From contig OZ219865.1 of the NCBI GenBank assembly GCA_964291675.2, positions 864,001-928,000 of the forward strand: DNA of 64,000 nt, in the 5' to 3' direction. Shown here piece after piece: positions 58,424 to 64,000 of this stretch. The first letter of the stretch is position 1. Each line of letters starts with the position of its first letter. Both the position numbers and the translations under genes were made by a program. The stretch comes from Alphaproteobacteria bacterium (GTDB lineage: Bacteria > Pseudomonadota > Alphaproteobacteria > MPNO01). The notes beneath the pieces were generated by a model. That model did not search any database. It was not told the origin of the DNA and saw only the letters and a list, made by a program, of their open reading frames with translations.

Positions 58424-60659
58424 CCCCAACCGTCACCAGCCCGGTCCACACCTGCTCGCGGCCCGCCAGGTCGGGCATGGCGCAGGCGGCGTCCGTGTTC
58501 CAGGCGATGGCGCCGAAATCGGGATACACCGCGCTCTCCAGCGTCTCGTCGTTGCCGATATGGTCCTCGAAGGCGACCTCGACCTTGACCGTCTTGCCGG
58601 CCTGGGCGGGCCTGAGCCGGTAGCTGCCGCGCGCGAGGTTGGTGGTCGAGCTGTGGATCGTGGTCTCCGTCCCGCCGTCGAGCGCGATCCAGGTGAAGGT
58701 ATAGCTGGGCGCCTCCGCGAGCCCGTCCCGGTCGGCGAGGTCGGAGAGTGCGGCGGTCAGGATCTGGCCGACCGTGGGCGTGCCCGAGATCGCGACCCTG
58801 CCGGAAGCGGGGTTGTTGTCCGCCGCCCCGGCGGTGACCGCGAGGTCGGCGAACGCCGCGGCGTCGTTGCCGGCGCGGTCGCGGAGCGCGGTCGCCGGCT
58901 GCGGCGCGTAGTCGAGCGTCACGTCGGCCGCGCCTTCGCGGATGGAGCGGGCCAGCGCCAGGCGGAGGATGCGCCGGTCGGCGGCGTCGATCTCCACCGA
59001 GCGCAAGGCGGGCTCCGCCGTCCCGCCGATTCTCACGGTGAACCCGCCCGAACCGGAAGGCGCCGAGGCGGCGTCGAGCGGCTCCGACCAGGTGAGTGTC
59101 AACACCGGCCCCGCGACCGAGGCGCTGCTCGCCGCCGGGCGCACCCCGTCGACGCGGCGCGCCGGGTCGCGCCGGGAGCGGTGGTCGAGCCGGACGTCCT
59201 CGCCGTCGTCGGAGGCGCGGATCGTGCCGCCGTCGAGCTCCAGGCTGTGCGCCACCACGGCGATGCCGTCGGCGTCCGCGTCGCCCTCGGCCACAACGTA
59301 CTCGAAGCGATGCATCGTCCCCGCGCTTTGGCCGGTCTTCCACGGCGCCAGCACGGTCTCCGCGCCGATGCGGAGTTGGAGCCGCGGCCGCCCGGTCACC
59401 GTCACGCTCTCGTCGAAGGTCAGGTCGACGCCGATGACGCCGCCGATGGCGTAGGTCGCCGCCGCGCCGGCGAAGGCCACCGCGTCCACATGCGGGCCCT
59501 CGGGGGTGAGGTTGCGGATGGGCACGGGCATGGCGTTGGCCAGGAACGTGGCGGCGTCGTTGCCGGCGAGGTCCTGGACCCTGCTCGCCGCCGTGGCGTT
59601 CGTGCCGTGAAACGACATCACGACCGTCTGCCCCGGCTCGGCCGGGGGATCGAGGGTCATGGCGACCTGGTTCCGGTTGGTCCCGACCCCGGCGCGGACG
59701 CCGGAGAGCGTGAACGTGTTGTCGCCCACAGCGACTCTAAACACCGGGTTCCCGCCACCCCCCACGGGGCTGGTCGCCTTGAGCGCCTCGTCATAGGTCA
59801 TGGTGAGGGTCGCGCCGTCGACCTCCATGGCGAGCAGCGTCGGCGCCGTCGTGTCGGCCTGCGACAGATAGACCCGCCGCGTCGCGTGCCCCGACCAGTC
59901 GAGGCCGGAAGAGGCCCAGGTGTAGTCGAAGTTCGGGCTGCCTGAGTAGGTCGCGTCGGAGAAGTCGAAGCTGTCGCCGCAGACATGCAGCCTGAGCGCG
60001 CTTGTCGCCGTCGCCGGCAGGTCCGTCGTGGTGCTGAAATCAAGGTCTCCGTCATTCCCTACGTTGAGGGCGCCGATCGCGTAGTCCGTCCCCCCGAGGT
60101 CGAACCTCGCGTCCGACAGGCCCGAGCCGGTGTGGTGGTTGCTGTAGCCGTACCCAACTATGTTTCCGCTTGCGACGAGCTCCCCAACCGTCACCCGCCC
60201 CGTCCACACCAGCTCGCGGCCGGCGAGGTCCGGCATGGCGCAGGCGGCGTCGGCGTTCCAGGCGATGGCGCCGAAATCGGGATACACCGCGCTCTCCAGC
60301 GTCTCGGCGTTGCCGATATGGTCCTCGAAGGCGACCTCGACCTTGACCGTCTTGCCGGCCTGGGTGGGCGTGAGCAGGGCGGTGGCGGTCGGCCCGGAGC
60401 CCGTCGAGGTGGCGAACCTCTGCTCCCTGTCGCCGTCGAGCGCGGTCCAGGTGAAGGTGTAGGACGGCGATGTTGCGAGCCCGTCCCGGTCGGCGAGGTC
60501 GGAGACCGTTGCGGTCAGCCGCTGGCCCACCGTGGGCGTGCCCGAGATCGCGACCCGCCCGGTCGCCGCGTTGTTGTCCGCCGCCCCGGCGGTGACCGCG
60601 AGGTCGGCGAACGCCGCGGCGTCGTTGCCGGCGCGGTCGCGGAGCGCGGTCGCCGGCTG
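58424..60659. repeat. Intragenic direct repeat of about 478 bp (58424-58901 and 60182-60659, offset 1758 bp)
   Basis: Near-identical QPATALRDRAGND...ESAVYPDFGAIAWN...VTVG coding blocks with a diverged centre. Confidence 0.85.
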
Positions 60660-61629
60660 TCCGCCGCCGCCCGGATCGCCCCGCCGTCGAGCGCGATCGG
60701 GCTCTCGCCGGCCGCCGCCCTGGCGGCAAGCGGATTTTCGCCGCCGCCGGTGAAGTCGCCCGCTTGCACGACGTACTCGAAGCGCAGCCTCGCCGTCCCC
60801 GAGCCCGAGACGTAGCGCATCTCCCGCTCCCCGGCCCCCGGCGCCTCCGCGGTCCCGTCGAGCGTGAACGCCAGCCGCGGCACGCCGCGCACGTTGACCG
60901 GCTCGGAGAAGGTCGACGCGATGACGATCCTCTCGCCGGCGCGGTAGATGCCGCCGTCCTCGGGCGTCGAGACGAAGGCGAGCGAGACCAGGACCGGCGC
61001 CGTCCGCAGCACCGGCGACAGGCCGTAGAGCCGGGCCGTGCTGATCCTGTCGAGCGTCACGACGCTGTCGTCGAGCGTCCGGGCGATCAGCGGGGTGCCG
61101 AAACGATCGTTCAGCCGTCCCATGGTGACCGCGAAGCGGTTGAATGCGGTAGGACTTCCGCCCAGCGGGCCGACGGACGCGACCCCCGCATCCGTGCTGC
61201 CGGACCAGACCGTCACCAAGGTGTTCACGCCGCTGCCGCCCGCCTCGGTGGTCCAGCGCTCGCTGTCCCAGGAGCCGTCGAGCAGGTCGGCGTAGTCGTC
61301 GGCGACCTTGGCGCCGCCGAGCCAGTAGATCGGCACCCCGGTGCCGGTGAGCCCGGCATTGTCCCTGGCGTCCACCGTCTCGGTGCTGGCGACCACCCGG
61401 AAGCCGCCGCTGAAGGCCCGGATCGCGCCGTGCCCGGCCGCGGCGTCGGCGATGACGTGGTCGTTGTAGTCGTCGATGTCGGTCGAGTTCGCGCGGGTCA
61501 ACGTAGACGGGATGAAGAGCAGCCGGAACTCCTCGCCCGAGCCCACCTCGTCGGGCAGCAGCGCCCAGTTCGACGGCACCCGTATCTTGATCCTGTCGGG
61601 GTCGGGCATCGGCGGGGCGACGAAACCCG

Positions 61630-63170
61630 GCATGCCGTCGACCTTGTGGCCGGGCTGGTTGCCGAGCTCGGGCAGGTCGAGCGGCGCGACGGCGGAGTCG
61701 CCCGTGGCCAGGATCGACCCGCCGGCGAGCCGGATCCGCCCGCAGCCCGGGTCGAGCGCCCGGTTGGCGCAGAGCGAGACCCCGTCGGTGTCGATGTCGG
61801 CGGTGACGACGGTATACGCGAAGTCGAGGCGGCGCGACCCGGTCCCCGAGGCGTAGACCGCCCGGCGCGCGTTCCCGCCCACGTCGAGCACCACATAGGG
61901 CGCGCCGGTCGCCCTCACCGTCTCGACGAAGTCGAGCCGCAGCCGGATCGTCTCGCCCGCGCTGTAGCCCGCGCCGCGAACCAGCGGGGTCGAGGAGACC
62001 GACACGCGCTTCGCCCCCGCGGTCGCGTCGACCTTGTGCCGGGACTGGTTGCGGAGCGCCGGCAGGGCGAGCGCCGGGACCGCGGAATCGGCCTGGATGA
62101 GGATCGACCCGCCGTCGAGCGTGATCGACCCGCAGCCCGCGTCCAGCGCGGTGTCGGCGCACAGCGAGACGCCGTTGTCGTCGGTCTCGCCGCGCGTCAC
62201 CGTGTAGGCGAAGGTCAGGTAGCGCGTCCCGGACCCGGACTCGTAGACCGCCCGGCGCGCCGTCCCGCCGATGTCGAGCACCACATGGGGCGCGCCGGTC
62301 ACCGTCGCCGCCTCGCCGAAATCCAACCGCACCCGGATCGTCTCGCCCGCGCTGTAGCCCGCGCCGGAGTTCAGCGGGGTCGAGGAGACCGACACGCGCT
62401 TCGTACCCGCGACCGCGTCGACGTTGTGCCCGAACTGGTTGCCGAACGCCGGCAGGTCGCGCGCGATCGCGGCCGAATCGCCCTGGGCGACGATCGACCC
62501 GCCGTCGAGCGTGATCGACCCGCAGCCGGCGTCGAGCGCGGTGTTGGCGCAGAGCGACACGCCGTTGTCGTCGGCGTCGCCGCGCGCCACCGTGTAGGCG
62601 AACACCAGGTGGTGCGTCCCGGTGCCGGACTCGTAGACCGCCCGGCGCGCCGTCCCGCCCACGTCGAGCACCAGATAGGGCGAGCCGGTCACCGTCATGG
62701 GCTCGCCGAAATCGACCCGAACCCGAATGGTCTCGCCGGTGATGTAGCCCGCGCCGCGGTCGCGCGGGTCCGACGAGATCCCCACATCCTTCCCCCGCGA
62801 CCTGCCGTCGACCGGGAACGGGACCAGGACGCCCGTGTCGGGGAGGTCGAGATCGGCGGTCGCCGAATCGGCCGCGGCGGCGATGCTCCCGCCGTTCAGC
62901 TCGATCTGCCCGCAAGCGGCGTTCTCGGTGTCGAAACACAGCGCCGGGCCGTCGCTGTCGGTCTCGCCGCGCACCACCGTGTAGGCGAAGGTCAGGTAGC
63001 GCGTCCCGGACCCGGACACGTAATCCGCGCGGCGCGCCGTCCCGCCGATGTCGAGCATCAGATAGGGCGTGCCGGTGACCGTCATCGCCTCGCCGAAATC
63101 GATCCGCACCCGGATCGCATCGCGGAAGTCGAAACGCCTGTCCGGGGGGGCCGTGGAGATCGCTACGCTG
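61630..63170 (-). repeat. Four tandem repeats of about 390 bp (130 aa), each with a Cys pair
   Basis: GETIRVRLDFGE...LDIGGTARRAVY.SGSGT...LC......CG.I.L.GGSI; matching bases at 61951, 62341, 62731. Confidence 0.9.
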
Positions 63171-64000
63171 GAGACCTCGACCGTGCTGGCGACCCGGAAT
63201 ACCGGCGACAGGGCGAACAGCGAGTAGGCGATCGAGCGGGACGCCCTGTCTGCGTTCAGCGTGCCGCTGTCCTGGAGCCGGACGAGGGTGGGCCGCGAGG
63301 TCCCGAGCGGGTGGCTCGAAGCGGTGCCGTCGTTGTCGCTGCCGGTCCAGACCCAGGCGTTGTCCGCATATCTGAGCCCGACCGTGGTCCGTCCCTTGCC
63401 GCGCTTGTTGTCCCAGGACCCGTCATAGAAGTCCTGGTAGTCGTCGGCGACCTTGTCGCCGTTGACCCACCAGATCGGCACCCCCTTCGCGTCGGCGGTG
63501 TAGGTGGTCGCGGTGTTGTCGCGGGCATCCGTCGCACTCGTGCTGGCGAGCGCCGTGAACTTCGACAGATGCGGCTGGAGCGCGGCATGGTATCCGCCGG
63601 GTGTGCCTCGCACGAAGCTGTTGTAGTCGGCGATGTCCGTCGCCCACGAGTTGCGACCGAACGGGGTGGCGCCGAGCAGCCGGAACGTGTCGCCGACGCT
63701 CAGCCCCGACGGCGTGAGCGCCCAGTTGCGCGGCACGTCGACGATGTCCTGCGCGGCGGCGGGCGGGGCCAGCGCCAGCGCCAGCGCGAGCGCCGCCAGG
63801 GCAAGGCCGCGGCGGGGACGGGGTTCGGGCGGTCTCTGCAAGCTGTCCAAGGCCGGCTCTCGCGACATCCTCCGACGCACCCCCGGACGGCACCGCCGGT
63901 TGTACGCGAGTCCATGATATGCAATCCCGGGTAACATATCCGAAACAAATATATGTCAGATCGCTTTTGCAACCCCTGATTTCACAGATCGCCGCCCGCA

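Larger units (their letters stand above)
56496..63868 (-). pseudogene. Giant repeat-rich autotransporter-like adhesin, frameshifted near 60660
   Basis: N-part (63868 to ~60660): signal peptide, two VPxNWAL domains, four 130-aa repeats; C-part (~60659 to 56496): Ig-like/SwmB-like modules, Calx-beta-like, NSDPIPRAWLARFGR, barrel ending LNVRF. Confidence 0.82.

Noticed and set aside
60640-60680. Programmed ribosomal frameshift in the giant adhesin
   Set aside because: No slippery run or homopolymer; comparison with the sister unit shows missing sequence, which fits a deletion.
61630-63170. Regular repeats as a CRISPR array
   Set aside because: 390-bp in-frame coding repeats with no short repeat-spacer structure and no cas genes.

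Overview
High-GC (probably alphaproteobacterial, Rhodospirillales-like) chromosomal window in two halves. Bases 1-31.8 kb are mostly metabolic or core genes: hydrolases, two IPNS-type 2OG-Fe(II) oxygenases, a PLP aminotransferase, cspA, three EamA transporters, a desaturase, clpS-clpA, an OYE reductase, an LLM/VOC/SDR cluster, CocE, PhyH, nsrR-nirV-nirK and a LuxR regulator. This half is peppered with two families of REP-like palindromes and a REP-targeting MITE. Bases 31.9-64 kb are a mobile-element-rich accessory region. It opens with a complete IS66 (8-bp TSD) hosting two nested elements. The first is a TG...CA transposon with a 5-bp TSD carrying a DDE transposase, an ExeA-like ATPase, a RepA-like AAA helicase and an origin-like hairpin. 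The second is a 2.6-kb large-serine-recombinase element whose first gene is split across its two ends and would be completed in frame, with RBS and ATG, only in the excised circle. The rest holds IS1380, IS66/IS256/integrase remnants, toxin-antitoxin modules, a group II intron, a TbpB-like lipoprotein and two convergent giant repeat-rich autotransporter-like surface proteins, one frameshifted by an internal deletion. No rRNA, tRNA or CRISPR array was seen. Family assignments come from motif recognition by eye, not database searches.
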